Below, one piece after another: positions 26,401-35,402 of a stretch of 64,000 nucleotides of DNA (its first letter is position 1; each line of letters begins with the position of its first letter). This DNA comes from Arcobacteraceae bacterium (GTDB lineage: Bacteria; Campylobacterota; Campylobacteria; Campylobacterales; Arcobacteraceae), in assembly GCA_023138835.1 (NCBI GenBank), contig JAGLOP010000008.1, forward strand, positions 1,149 to 65,148, in the 5' to 3' direction. Both the position numbers and the translations under genes were made by a program. A model generated the notes under the pieces. The model was not told the DNA's origin and ran no database searches. It worked only from the letters and a program-made list of their open reading frames with translations.

Positions 26401-29400
26401 TGTACCAGTTCAGACTTATCCAAGTGTTTAGCATCACTTAGATTTATGACACCTTGTGTATTTTCATTATAAAGTAATCTATCGTGAAGTTTAGATTTAG
26501 CAGTTATCTCTAGCTTACCACTATTTACATATTTAGTTTGTGTATTAAAGCTATCAGCTGGATTAAACTTATCATCAAATAAAGCACCATACTCATAAAG
26601 CTTATCCATACTATCAGCTTCCCTAAAAAGTTTTTTAAGTGTATTGTCTTTTAATGGATGGGTTTTATATTTAGCTTTATAATCTTCTATTAGATTTATA
26701 TCCATAGTATCAGTTATCTTTTGAAGTAAGTTTATTTTATCAGCAGTTTTTCCAGTTAGTGTTTTATATATCTTAGCTTTACTATCTATATCATCAAACT
26801 CTACAACTTTATCAACTACTTTTATACCATTTTCATCCATAACAAAATCAGCACCGGCATAAGTATAATCCACATCATTATCTTTAGCCCACTCTTGAAA
26901 ATCTAAACTATTTATTGGTATAGTCTTTTTTGTTGTTTTTGTAGTTGAACTTTCCCCAGTGAAAGTTTTATCATAAGCTTTATAATCCAACTTCATATTA
27001 CTATAATCAGCTTTTCCAGTTATCTCATAAGCTGGTGTACCATACATTTTATTTACACCAACTTTAATATCTCCAAGTATATGTGATGGATTTTTTACAT
27101 AATACTCATTCATATAAATATCATCATCAGTTTTAATAGACTTAGTAAACCATCTATTAGGTCTTACAAGTGTATCTTCTATTTTTATTCCATCAGGTCT
27201 CTTTTGTAAGAAGATAATATCAGTAACCACATCAGTATGAGCATTTTTACTAAATGTTTTAGCTGGTAATCTATATGCACCAATTACATCAGCTTTAGAT
27301 ACTATCTCTTTTCTTATCTTACTATCTACTTTATCCATTACACCAGTAGAAGTTACAAAAGCTACAATCCCATTATCTTTAACTTTATCAAGACTTTCTA
27401 CAAAATAATAATCGTGTAAAGCTTTTATATCACTTCTACCTTTAGTTATACCAGTACCCCTATCTTCTAAAAATGGAACATTAGATATAACCAAATCAAA
27501 ATCTTTACCCTTGAAACTCTCATAACTCATATTGTAGTTTTTAGCTTTTGGATAAAGTCTTTTAACTACTTCGTGGTTAGTTTTATCAATATCAATAGTA
27601 GTCCAGTCCATACCATAACCAAACCCTACAAAGTTACCACTTCCTACACTTGGCTCTAAAGCTTCTTTAGGATTAAATCCAGCTTCAAAAATAGCACCAT
27701 ACATAGCTTTGATAGTTTCATAAGGAGTATAATGTTCAGTTAAACTACCATAACCACCTTGACCCAATCCACCAGTACCAGTATATTGTCTCAAAATATT
27801 TTTATCATCATCAGTTAAAGTAGTTATATCTTTTTTAAGTATCTCTTGCACTTGATTATTAACTTCAATTCTTTTACCTTTAGTTAATTCAACTGGTGGC
27901 TTATTCATTAGAGTATAATTATCTAGTGTGGAAAGTTCCCCATCACTAACTCCACTTTGTTCTGATACCACTTTGTCTCTTCCAAGTTGGGCATTGTTTC
28001 CATCATTATCTGTAATGGCTTCGTGTCGTTCCATTCTTCCAGCTTCATTGAGTAACCCATCATCACTATTATTTGATTTAGTATCTCGTTCAATGTTTGT
28101 AGATATGGTGCTACCATCATTCGTGCTTGTTTCTTGTCCAGTTTGTTCAGGCTTTGCTCTTGTATCGCTTGGGCTTGTGTTACTGTTTTCATTATCTCCA
28201 TTCTCTCTTGAAGTGGAAATATCTTCTCTATTTGTTCCTTGATTTTCAATATTTGCATCTTTTATATCCTTAGTTATTGTTTCTTTTAAAGCTTTATGTG
28301 TACTCTCAATATTTTGTGAACTTTTATCCACAACAAAATCATCAAAACTATCAAGGTTTTTATTGATGATACTATGTACTACTACATTAGCTAACTCATC
28401 ACTAACCCCACCTTGTTTAAGTTTTACCATCATTTCATTAGGATTATTAACACCAGCTTCAATACTGTTTTTAGCTATATCTCTAAGTCTTGTACCAGCA
28501 AAACGATTTTCTACTGGCATACCATCATTTATAGTTTTAGTTAAATCTAATTCTTGTTTAGTTGGAGTTAGTTGTTTATTTATTTCATCTTTGATTGTAA
28601 CTGCATCAGCACCAGTCTCAATTAATTCTTGTGATATTATTTTACTTTGTTCCACAGATTGAGTTGATATCTCTTGTGCTTTTTTCATATCATATATTTT
28701 TTTAGCATTAATACTATCTATTATATCTTGACCTACATTTTCAGCCCAGCCATCATAGTCAGCATATATTACATCTTTATGAGTTATCATCTTTTTAGAT
28801 TTAGCTTCAAGTTGCATCACTTGTTCAGGTGTTAAAAGTTCAACTTCTACCAATTCTCTATATACTACTGGTAATTTTTCCATAGTTGCTCTTACTACTG
28901 GCAAGTTGTCATATATCATCTGAAAGTTAGGTTTTCCTTTTAGTTCAGGATGTACACTATATTGATTTACTCCAGCTGCTTCACTTCTAAATTCATCACT
29001 AACTTTAGGATAGTTACTCATAGCTTCTTGAAGTTTAGCACTCACTTCCTCAGGACTAAGTGGCTTACCACCACCCATATTTAAAAGTTCATTATCTAAT
29101 ATATCACTAGCTTCACTTTTTTCAAGTTTTATAGGAGTTGAACTTTTAGAAACCAATCCCCCAAATGTACCAAATGACCCACCAGCAACAGCACCACCAC
29201 CAGCACTTTGGAAAGCTATTTTATTTGCTTCATCATCACTCTTACCTTGACCCTTAGCGATAATATATTCAGCACTACTATTAACAACAACACCCTCGGC
29301 AGTACCAGCAGTACCACCAATAATACCCTTTACAAGTAATGTACGACCAAATCTACCAGCTAAACTACCAGCACCAAATGAAACTGCATTAAGTGGATCA

Positions 29401-29933
29401 GTTATCATCTCTACTACACCTTGAGTTGTCCACTCACTTGGATGAGTTACAGTATCAGCCATAGTAGATGCACCAGCTTTTATATTTTCCCATGGTGTTT
29501 TAGTATTTTGTGATTGTTTATCTAGTTCTTGAAGTTCAGCCAATCTCTTTTTAGATAGTCCAGCTCTTGATGTTTTTTGCTTTTTAGTTTCCATCAACTC
29601 ATTCATATTATTCATATTGTTAGTAACTTCATCACTTACTAAATCAAAACCTAAAAATTCAGCACCAGCATCAAGTCCGGCAACTGTACGATTTACAGTT
29701 GTAGTAGCACCTCTTAAAACACTTCCAACGACACCATCTTCCATAAATATACTATTGTTAAAAGCTTCATTTTTAGATTGTGTTGTTTGATTTACTTTGG
29801 ATTGTATATTTTTTTGTTGTGCTTTTTGCTCTTTGTGTCTTGCAGTTGCAAGAGATACAATCTCTTCATCACTTTTTGTCAGTCTTAAAATATCAAGTTC
29901 ATTTTTTGATATTATATCTCTTATTTTAGCCAT
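23484..29933 (-). CDS. 2149-aa polyvalent protein: N-terminal module, disordered linker, N6-adenine methyltransferase and SF2 (SNF2/DExH-like) helicase (P1 DarB-like)
   Basis: MTase motif I EPSVGSGNF (27630-27656) and motif IV VISNVPF (27471-27491). Helicase motif I DVGGGKT (25701-25721), motif II VITDEARA (25255-25278), motif VI QRNGRGLRHGN (about 24160-24195). Confidence 0.9.
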   Translation of the reverse strand: MAKIRDIISKNELDILRLTKSDEEIVSLATARHKEQKAQQKNIQSKVNQTTQSKNEAFNNSIFMEDGVVGSVLRGATTTVNRTVAGLDAGAEFLGFDLVSDEVTNNMNNMNELMETKKQKTSRAGLSKKRLAELQELDKQSQNTKTPWENIKAGASTMADTVTHPSEWTTQGVVEMITDPLNAVSFGAGSLAGRFGRTLLVKGIIGGTAGTAEGVVVNSSAEYIIAKGQGKSDDEANKIAFQSAGGGAVAGGSFGTFGGLVSKSSTPIKLEKSEASDILDNELLNMGGGKPLSPEEVSAKLQEAMSNYPKVSDEFRSEAAGVNQYSVHPELKGKPNFQMIYDNLPVVRATMEKLPVVYRELVEVELLTPEQVMQLEAKSKKMITHKDVIYADYDGWAENVGQDIIDSINAKKIYDMKKAQEISTQSVEQSKIISQELIETGADAVTIKDEINKQLTPTKQELDLTKTINDGMPVENRFAGTRLRDIAKNSIEAGVNNPNEMMVKLKQGGVSDELANVVVHSIINKNLDSFDDFVVDKSSQNIESTHKALKETITKDIKDANIENQGTNREDISTSRENGDNENSNTSPSDTRAKPEQTGQETSTNDGSTISTNIERDTKSNNSDDGLLNEAGRMERHEAITDNDGNNAQLGRDKVVSEQSGVSDGELSTLDNYTLMNKPPVELTKGKRIEVNNQVQEILKKDITTLTDDDKNILRQYTGTGGLGQGGYGSLTEHYTPYETIKAMYGAIFEAGFNPKEALEPSVGSGNFVGFGYGMDWTTIDIDKTNHEVVKRLYPKAKNYNMSYESFKGKDFDLVISNVPFLEDRGTGITKGRSDIKALHDYYFVESLDKVKDNGIVAFVTSTGVMDKVDSKIRKEIVSKADVIGAYRLPAKTFSKNAHTDVVTDIIFLQKRPDGIKIEDTLVRPNRWFTKSIKTDDDIYMNEYYVKNPSHILGDIKVGVNKMYGTPAYEITGKADYSNMKLDYKAYDKTFTGESSTTKTTKKTIPINSLDFQEWAKDNDVDYTYAGADFVMDENGIKVVDKVVEFDDIDSKAKIYKTLTGKTADKINLLQKITDTMDINLIEDYKAKYKTHPLKDNTLKKLFREADSMDKLYEYGALFDDKFNPADSFNTQTKYVNSGKLEITAKSKLHDRLLYNENTQGVINLSDAKHLDKSELVQALKLGYAYADENTIANDILYYAGNVYTKLDATQLNLDKLPDGDIKNLVDKQHTKLQDTLPTIKTVDEIDFKGIEPWVSEAGIKLFEYQTVTKEVKQKEGGVKKVRKIQATGVGATYNKYINQDALIKARDGESQSSYKRRLKDAQYEVKEVQARLRNDIKSDAVLKAKFEDAYNRKMNFYVKPNYSKAQYLIQDVLDELPAHIKLRKNQIEWVIKALYEGKNINAHDVGGGKTMAGIVLARVLKAKGIAKKPLLVVPSKVIKNWEKEILELYPNAKIISLGGLPKNVREKRLFELGNTNADYVLISHEGFKQLKLPDDIEQSYARKLISENMKNEDLTGRAKEIQQQKIDLYLDSLSKTNANKKITIDKLGIDAVITDEARAFKNVGVNSKLVSNKLGKAFGLNLKTDKAGNFISISLDSALAYDFRFKTKYISSLNNGKNIYLLDATPTPNKPIEVFTMLKHLDDNIFDEYGIKTDRDFAETFFEFGQKLSKNGKFENGIIAIKNAVALRSILDRYVDRIPMSEFAKRKLIKIPNENIIKEMITASDESMVAFEDIRERLKEAKEDYQKRHEVMGIFSNGVTASVDPRLYARAEFGDLLYPTPDNNKVQRVIELASSKFKKDKKAGQIIFLDSAGHSVLSENLHQEIKNGLITNGYKKNQVAIINGKTVTNLDGKEVPASGEKASKMKQEIVNAYQGGKIKVVIGSTKSAGEGMNIQTYTTNIYHLDLPWTPAEIIQRNGRGLRHGNKYDNVDVHYFFQEGTFDSLMYSTVMGKKGWNDAIWDAEVKDRIEITDDSGSMPTEAEILIEMETNPLVKAQMIVRFEADKLESEYDSIREELNYMKAKIIGAKESLTRNNEIIKQTTDSLTDDTPTKAFRLAYEKAYKKSDKQKEYKKKYEADLKDYRDRKKVYIKSREDKTPMYQEAVTKLQDGLKVYEDDFKSIDAQLKEFEAKHYDDNGNIITAFDVKDC
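26951..26971 (-). repeat. 21-mer ATAAAACTTTCACTGGGGAAA inside the giant gene (encodes DKTFTGE, aa 988-994)
   Basis: Exact reverse complement of 47850-47870. Confidence 0.9.
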
Positions 29934-29983
29934 AAGATAAACTCCTCTACTATAGTTTATCTTATGTTATTATTTTATTTTTT

Positions 29984-29997
29984 CTTTTTTGTCTCAC
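29984..29997 (-). promoter_or_regulatory. 14-mer GTGAGACAAAAAAG (copy d) upstream of the giant gene
   Basis: In the 70-nt gap, 50 nt before ATG 29933. Confidence 0.5.
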
Positions 29998-30003
29998 TTT
30001 TTG

Positions 30004-30606
30004 TTACTGAATTTCAGTATCTTCTAGTTTAAATTTCGCTGCTCTTTTAATGGCTCTTTTTTTATTTTGTTCCTTACCCCATTTAATACCGTTAAAATTT
30101 TTACTATTTGGGTCTAATTCATTTCCAGTATCGGTAAATTTTCCACCTTTTTTCCAATCTCTAACCTTACCAAAACTAACATTTTCATATATTCTTTTAC
30201 CATCAGTCCCATCAGTCCCAGTATCATAGACACCAACTCTATCACCATTTTTTGCAGTAAAAACATCAACCATTTTTCTTTTAGTTTTATCTTCATGTAC
30301 ATCATTGATTTTATTTGCCAATACAAAAACTTCATCATCTGATAAGTCTTTTGTAGTTTTAGGATGCAGTTTTTTCATACCACTAATAATAGAAGTTTTA
30401 GTTTGTGCATCTTTATCTTTTTTATTTTTTGCTAAATCAAACTTAGCTTTTCTATCATTAGTTTGTTGTTTTTGCTCCCCTAATTTAAAAGCAACATCTC
30501 CAACAGCACGACCCAATCCAGCCATAGCAGAACCTTTACCGCCTTTACCTAAGTTTTTTACCAACTCACTATCAGGCTTGAAGCCTTTATTATAAAAATT
30601 ACCCAT
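30004..30606 (-). CDS. hypothetical virion-module protein (Lys-rich)
   Basis: 200-aa ORF in the tightly packed minus-strand operon. Confidence 0.6.
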   Translation of the reverse strand: MGNFYNKGFKPDSELVKNLGKGGKGSAMAGLGRAVGDVAFKLGEQKQQTNDRKAKFDLAKNKKDKDAQTKTSIISGMKKLHPKTTKDLSDDEVFVLANKINDVHEDKTKRKMVDVFTAKNGDRVGVYDTGTDGTDGKRIYENVSFGKVRDWKKGGKFTDTGNELDPNSKNFNGIKWGKEQNKKRAIKRAAKFKLEDTEIQ

Positions 30607-30608
30607 AA

Positions 30609-30875
30609 CTACTCTCCTAAAGCCACTAATGGCTCTTCTTTCTTTTTAACTCCAAAAGAACTATTAAAAGCACTATCTAAATTACTTTGTGCTAAGTCCT
30701 CTTTGGCAATACCACGATTATAATCTGCTTTTTGTATATCCAAAAATCTTTGTGATATATCAGCTTGTTTTTTTAAAGCTTGTACATTTTTATAAGTACC
30801 ATATCCTTGTGCTACACCACCTACAATAGTTCCAACTGTTTTTAAATTATCAGCCTTTTTTAACCACTCCCACAT
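30609..30875 (-). CDS. hypothetical virion-module protein
   Basis: 88-aa ORF in the operon. Confidence 0.5.
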   Translation of the reverse strand: MWEWLKKADNLKTVGTIVGGVAQGYGTYKNVQALKKQADISQRFLDIQKADYNRGIAKEDLAQSNLDSAFNSSFGVKKKEEPLVALGE

Positions 30876-30885
30876 TTTATATCCT

Positions 30886-32622
30886 TTAACCTATTTTATT
30901 TAAGTGTGTCTGCTTTTTTGTCACAATATTTAAAAGCTTTTGATTTTTATATTTCTTATCTTTTTTTACAAACATAGCATATAAAGTTCTCACTAATTGT
31001 GAATACCCATCAAAAGCTAATTCATATTCTTTTGCCTTGATAAGCTCTACACCTACACTTAAATACTCATCATATATCCATTGATATATCTCTTTATTAT
31101 TAGAAAGTAAATCTATTTCTTTAACTATTCTAGGAGATAAAATATAATATTTTTGCATTAAAGTTTTACCACCTTTTGTATGCAATACATAATTGTCTCT
31201 ATAGTCCTCATATATTTTAACAGTATCAGTACCAAGTGCTTTATCCATTGCAGTAGCTATAAAACTTCCATCCCCACCAGTATCAGCACCATTGTTTGCA
31301 TCTCCAATACTTGACAATCCACCAGTATTTACACCCTCTAGTCCAGCACCTAAACCATTTGTATCATTATTAAATCCTAACCCTTGTGAATTACCTAAGC
31401 CACTTTGAAAACCACCAGTGCTATCAGATAATTGTCCAAATGAATTACTATTAACTGCATCAGATATACCACTAATACTATTCCCAAATGAGTCAGTAAA
31501 TCCACCAACACCATTCATACCTGTAAAGCTTCCACTCATAGAACTAAATCCTATATTATTACCCATTGCATCAGTTAAACTAAGTCCAGTAGATGATGGA
31601 TTAAAAGTATCAGTATTTGCCATACCAAATGAAAACACCTCACTAAGTACATCAGATATCCCTTTTGACATACTAATATCAGATGAAAACATACCATTAC
31701 CCATGGAGTTAGTACCTTGTATATCTCCACCAAAACCAAATGTAGTATCAAGACCCATAGCCACTTCCATAGCTTCATCAAATGCTAATCCCACTACAAA
31801 ACCAACAGCTAAACTCATAGCTACATTTGTTATACTAAGTGCAGATACTACTGATTGAGATAACACACCTTTCATAGTTCCAAAAACTGTACCCATCAAT
31901 GCAGATGATAATGTTTTACTAATAGTAACTTCTTGCTGGGTAATAGTTTCTATCATAGTAAATGTAATAGATAAAGGGTTCATATGAAACATACTAAATT
32001 GAGTATCAAATGCAGCTTTTGTCTCTTCTAAAGAAGCTGGATGAGTATTAGTCTCTATCCCTATATTATCTATTGCATTATCTCCACCATCAGAAATATT
32101 AAAAAAACCATTTGTAGATACTGATTGTCCAGTTATTGTATTTGTTATAGTAGTTGTGTATTCAAGTCTTAAGATATTAGTGTCGTTAATCCTTTGCAAT
32201 AAATCAAGCATTCCACCTTTGACAAGTGAATCTACTAAAGCAAATCCACCATTCAAAAATAAGAAATTACCATTTAACAATGACCTTGACATACTAAAAG
32301 TTTGTTGTTTATTATCATAAGATGGTATATCTGTAGGCGAAAAATTAACACCACCGGAAAAACTCTCATTTCTTAAAGTTCCACCAGCATACCATTCATT
32401 TTTGTCTTTTGCATTTGGTATATCTATATTAACTACTTGTACAATTTGTGAAGTTCTTCTTTGTAAACTTTGTTCTAAACTAGATAAATACTCATTACCT
32501 TCAGCTAAATAGTTTGTAACCTTTGTTTGGTCATAGTGACTATCTCCAACATAAGCACTTACCTTAGCTATATCTTCTTTAGTTGATGTTATTAAAGCTT
32601 GATAGCTAGATATTGTATCCAT
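30886..32622 (-). CDS. virion-module protein with Gly/Ser/Asn-rich low-complexity centre
   Basis: 578 aa with a long GxxG/SxG-type region (..GFSSMSGSFTGMNGVGGFTDSFGNSISG..). Confidence 0.65.
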   Translation of the reverse strand: MDTISSYQALITSTKEDIAKVSAYVGDSHYDQTKVTNYLAEGNEYLSSLEQSLQRRTSQIVQVVNIDIPNAKDKNEWYAGGTLRNESFSGGVNFSPTDIPSYDNKQQTFSMSRSLLNGNFLFLNGGFALVDSLVKGGMLDLLQRINDTNILRLEYTTTITNTITGQSVSTNGFFNISDGGDNAIDNIGIETNTHPASLEETKAAFDTQFSMFHMNPLSITFTMIETITQQEVTISKTLSSALMGTVFGTMKGVLSQSVVSALSITNVAMSLAVGFVVGLAFDEAMEVAMGLDTTFGFGGDIQGTNSMGNGMFSSDISMSKGISDVLSEVFSFGMANTDTFNPSSTGLSLTDAMGNNIGFSSMSGSFTGMNGVGGFTDSFGNSISGISDAVNSNSFGQLSDSTGGFQSGLGNSQGLGFNNDTNGLGAGLEGVNTGGLSSIGDANNGADTGGDGSFIATAMDKALGTDTVKIYEDYRDNYVLHTKGGKTLMQKYYILSPRIVKEIDLLSNNKEIYQWIYDEYLSVGVELIKAKEYELAFDGYSQLVRTLYAMFVKKDKKYKNQKLLNIVTKKQTHLNKIG

Positions 32623-32625
32623 TTT

Positions 32626-33402
32626 CTAAAGCTTAGTAACATTCTTTTGAAAAGTTTTAAATGATATAGTAGAACCGGTTAATTCTTTAAAAACATCAAA
32701 TACGGCATTCCAACCGACATCAGGTACGACTAAACCACCAGCACCAAGAGTACCAAACAATTCAGTTAAACTATCATTACCCCTAATCTTATTATTATAA
32801 ATAACACTAGCGATAAGTTGTTGTGCTTGTGTTTGTATGAAATTTGTTTCTTCAGCAATTTTAAGATTTTGAAGTTCAGCAGTAGATAATCCACTACCAG
32901 CATTTATAACTTTCTTAGCTACTCTTTTATAATCTCTAAACAATACAAATGTTTTTAAGATATCATTATTATCATCATCTTGACCGATAAGAACTTCTAT
33001 TTCAGTTTCATTAATAAGTTGAGTTTCTGTCTTTACATTATCATTATCAAAGTATGATCTATAAAAAGTATAAGTGAAACCAACACCACCATTTTTCAAT
33101 TGCTCTGCAAAATGTTTCTGTTCTTTGATATTGGTATCAATTCTAGCACTATCAAGTTTAAAAGGTTTCATCCTTTTTTCTAGTTCTATTTGCTCGTTAT
33201 TCATCATAACTTGTGTCTTAGATACAGTAGCTTGTAAACTTTGTGTCATAGCACCAACCATAACATTACTTATAACACTAGCTTCTTCTTCCCCAGTCAT
33301 ATTTCTATTTTCAAGTAAATCTAAAAGTGTATCTTTTGATTTAGCTAAAAAATTATCATAATATGTATTGATATCTTTTTTATAATCTTCAGTAAGCATC
33401 AA
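32626..33402 (-). CDS. hypothetical virion-module protein
   Basis: 258-aa ORF in the operon. Confidence 0.6.
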   Translation of the reverse strand: MMLTEDYKKDINTYYDNFLAKSKDTLLDLLENRNMTGEEEASVISNVMVGAMTQSLQATVSKTQVMMNNEQIELEKRMKPFKLDSARIDTNIKEQKHFAEQLKNGGVGFTYTFYRSYFDNDNVKTETQLINETEIEVLIGQDDDNNDILKTFVLFRDYKRVAKKVINAGSGLSTAELQNLKIAEETNFIQTQAQQLIASVIYNNKIRGNDSLTELFGTLGAGGLVVPDVGWNAVFDVFKELTGSTISFKTFQKNVTKL

Positions 33403-33623
33403 GTAACCCCTTGTGTTATTTTAGTAATCGTTTCAATTCCATTGTCATCAGCATAGTTATGTGTATGAGTAGGATAGTTTGTAAGTTGATTTTCTAGTGT
33501 TGTACATCTGTTTTTTAAAGCATTTATTTCAGAAAGTAAACTAGCAACAGTAGTATTTTCAATCTCTCTAACTTTAGCAAGTGCAGCCACCGCAAATATT
33601 TTATTTCTTTTATCTTTAGTCAC
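33399..33623 (-). CDS. hypothetical protein (coiled coil)
   Basis: 74-aa ORF with a 4-nt overlap with the next gene. Confidence 0.5.
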   Translation of the reverse strand: MTKDKRNKIFAVAALAKVREIENTTVASLLSEINALKNRCTTLENQLTNYPTHTHNYADDNGIETITKITQGVT

Positions 33624-33625
33624 TT

Positions 33626-34147
33626 CTAAAACTCAACTTCCATACTCACATGATACTCTTCCATATCAAAACCATTCATTTCTAAAAAGTGTTTAACAGT
33701 TCCAGCACCAGCTTCTGTATTGTAGTGTCTCTTCCAATACCTACCTTGACCAACCATATCAGCGGGTATCTCTTCTTTAAATGGTTTAAAGTGAAGCCTA
33801 CAAGCCAAAGCACCTTTTAAAATATCAATTTTTAACTCTTCCCATGTAGTCTCGCTCACATCAATACTTAGTTGATATTTTACTTTTTCAATATGTTTTG
33901 TTTTGTATCTTGATTGATTGTCATAAAAAGGGATCTTATCAAACTGAAATATCCCAGCACCAGCACCGTTTGGAGTACCATCTATTATAGTACCAGCTCC
34001 ACTTTCAGCTTTTGAGATTCGATATACAAAAATATCAGCACATTCATTTGCACCAAAACCAAGAACTCTACAAACTTTGGCACATATCTCTTCTATATTT
34101 GTATCTTCATCTATCCCATAGCTTTTTTGTATATCAGTTATCATCAC
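33626..34147 (-). CDS. possible endolysin (lysozyme/transglycosylase-like)
   Basis: Lies directly after two holin-like genes. ISKAESGAG..GAGIFQFD loosely resembles the E-S...G-x-x-Q glycosidase motif. Weak call. Confidence 0.35.
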   Translation of the reverse strand: MMITDIQKSYGIDEDTNIEEICAKVCRVLGFGANECADIFVYRISKAESGAGTIIDGTPNGAGAGIFQFDKIPFYDNQSRYKTKHIEKVKYQLSIDVSETTWEELKIDILKGALACRLHFKPFKEEIPADMVGQGRYWKRHYNTEAGAGTVKHFLEMNGFDMEEYHVSMEVEF

Positions 34148-34572
34148 TTTCCCCTACCAATCAAACCTTTGTACTTACCATTAGCAAAATCTTTAAGCAT
34201 ACCTCTCATACCATATTTAACCACTACCATTCCAACAACTAAAGATAAATACCAAGTAGGCACACTACTTAAACCATCAAAACCTTTAGAAATATAAGCA
34301 TCAAAAATTGGATAAAGAAAAGCGATTAATAATGCTTCGTCCAAATAAGAGTTTTTCATCTCTTGCATGGCTATTTTATCAAGGTTATAATCTTGCATTT
34401 GACCATTTTCAGCCAGTTTGATTTTGGCTTTATTAATAGCAACTTCTGTATCAGCTTTAGATTGTAGGATTTTAATTTCTCCCTCAATCTTAGCTTGTTT
34501 AATCTTTTGTCTATTTGTAGCATAAGTTTTTACACCATCTACAATAGCACCAAATATATTCAATCCAAACAT
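34144..34572 (-). CDS. holin-like/lysis-associated membrane protein
   Basis: 142 aa. Amphipathic N-terminal half and two C-terminal hydrophobic helices. Lies next to the holin. Confidence 0.4.
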   Translation of the reverse strand: MFGLNIFGAIVDGVKTYATNRQKIKQAKIEGEIKILQSKADTEVAINKAKIKLAENGQMQDYNLDKIAMQEMKNSYLDEALLIAFLYPIFDAYISKGFDGLSSVPTWYLSLVVGMVVVKYGMRGMLKDFANGKYKGLIGRGK

Positions 34573-34584
34573 ATTAATCCTTTC

Positions 34585-35061
34585 TTATAATTTATCTCTA
34601 TTAAATACAAACATTTTTTCTACAAAAAATAAAACTCTTTTAATTATCATAGATAAAGCGTCAAACTCTTCTATTTCTTTCCCTGAAACGATTGAATATA
34701 TATTTCCTATTATTGAATAAGCTTCAGATATGATAAGAGCTGATACAAGAACTGTTAAATACAATTCAAAGTTTAAACTTAATCCTTTAGCCATTAAAGC
34801 GATAGTTAAAACAAGCAGAACAACTAAAGCCTTTTTAAATAACCCTGAAACAGCTCTAAGGCTCTTTAATGTTACTTTATTTACTATAATAGCTTTTAAT
34901 ACACCAGTAAAATAATCTATTCCAAGCAAAATACCTAATATCACAAATGATTCAGCTGGAACACTTAAATAAGTAAGTAGTGGAATACATGGTATATATA
35001 AAAAGTTTAGCATTGATGATTTTGCTATTGCTGTTGATTCTAATGGCATCACACACCCCAC
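34585..35061 (-). CDS. holin (4-TM, TcdE/phage_holin_4-like)
   Basis: Polytopic 158-aa protein with an LGIDYFTGVLKAI motif typical of that holin family. Confidence 0.6.
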   Translation of the reverse strand: MGCVMPLESTAIAKSSMLNFLYIPCIPLLTYLSVPAESFVILGILLGIDYFTGVLKAIIVNKVTLKSLRAVSGLFKKALVVLLVLTIALMAKGLSLNFELYLTVLVSALIISEAYSIIGNIYSIVSGKEIEEFDALSMIIKRVLFFVEKMFVFNRDKL

Positions 35062-35402
35062 TCAATATCAGCTAATGCAGTTAAGTTTGTCTCTGCTACA
35101 TTACTGATATCTATGATAGAATTTTTAAATGCTAAATACTCCACTTTTTGAACATCATCATCAGCTAGTTCGGATAAGTTGATTTGCTTCCATATTGGAT
35201 ATTTAGCCAGTATGATTTTCCCAGCTTTAGCTCTAATGTCAGAAATTTTTTTATCAGCCACTATTTTATCCTCTGCTACCATATCAACAGTCATATCAAT
35301 ATTATAGTTTGTATAATAACTACCATCTTCTCTTTGTGTTAATTCAGATTGAAGTACCATTGTAGGTACTCCTTCTATATTTACTAGTTGTTTAATACTC
35401 AT
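35049..35402 (-). CDS. hypothetical protein downstream of the tail fibre (possible fibre chaperone)
   Basis: 117 aa. Overlaps both neighbours. Assigned by position only. Confidence 0.45.
   Translation of the reverse strand: MSIKQLVNIEGVPTMVLQSELTQREDGSYYTNYNIDMTVDMVAEDKIVADKKISDIRAKAGKIILAKYPIWKQINLSELADDDVQKVEYLAFKNSIIDISNVAETNLTALADIEWGV

Noticed and set aside
27923-28662. Overlapping ORFs on both strands (27923-28258, 27928-28242, 28363-28662)
   Set aside because: They lie inside the giant gene's GC-richer low-complexity linker, where stop codons are rare in all frames. The long frame with MTase and helicase motifs explains the region.
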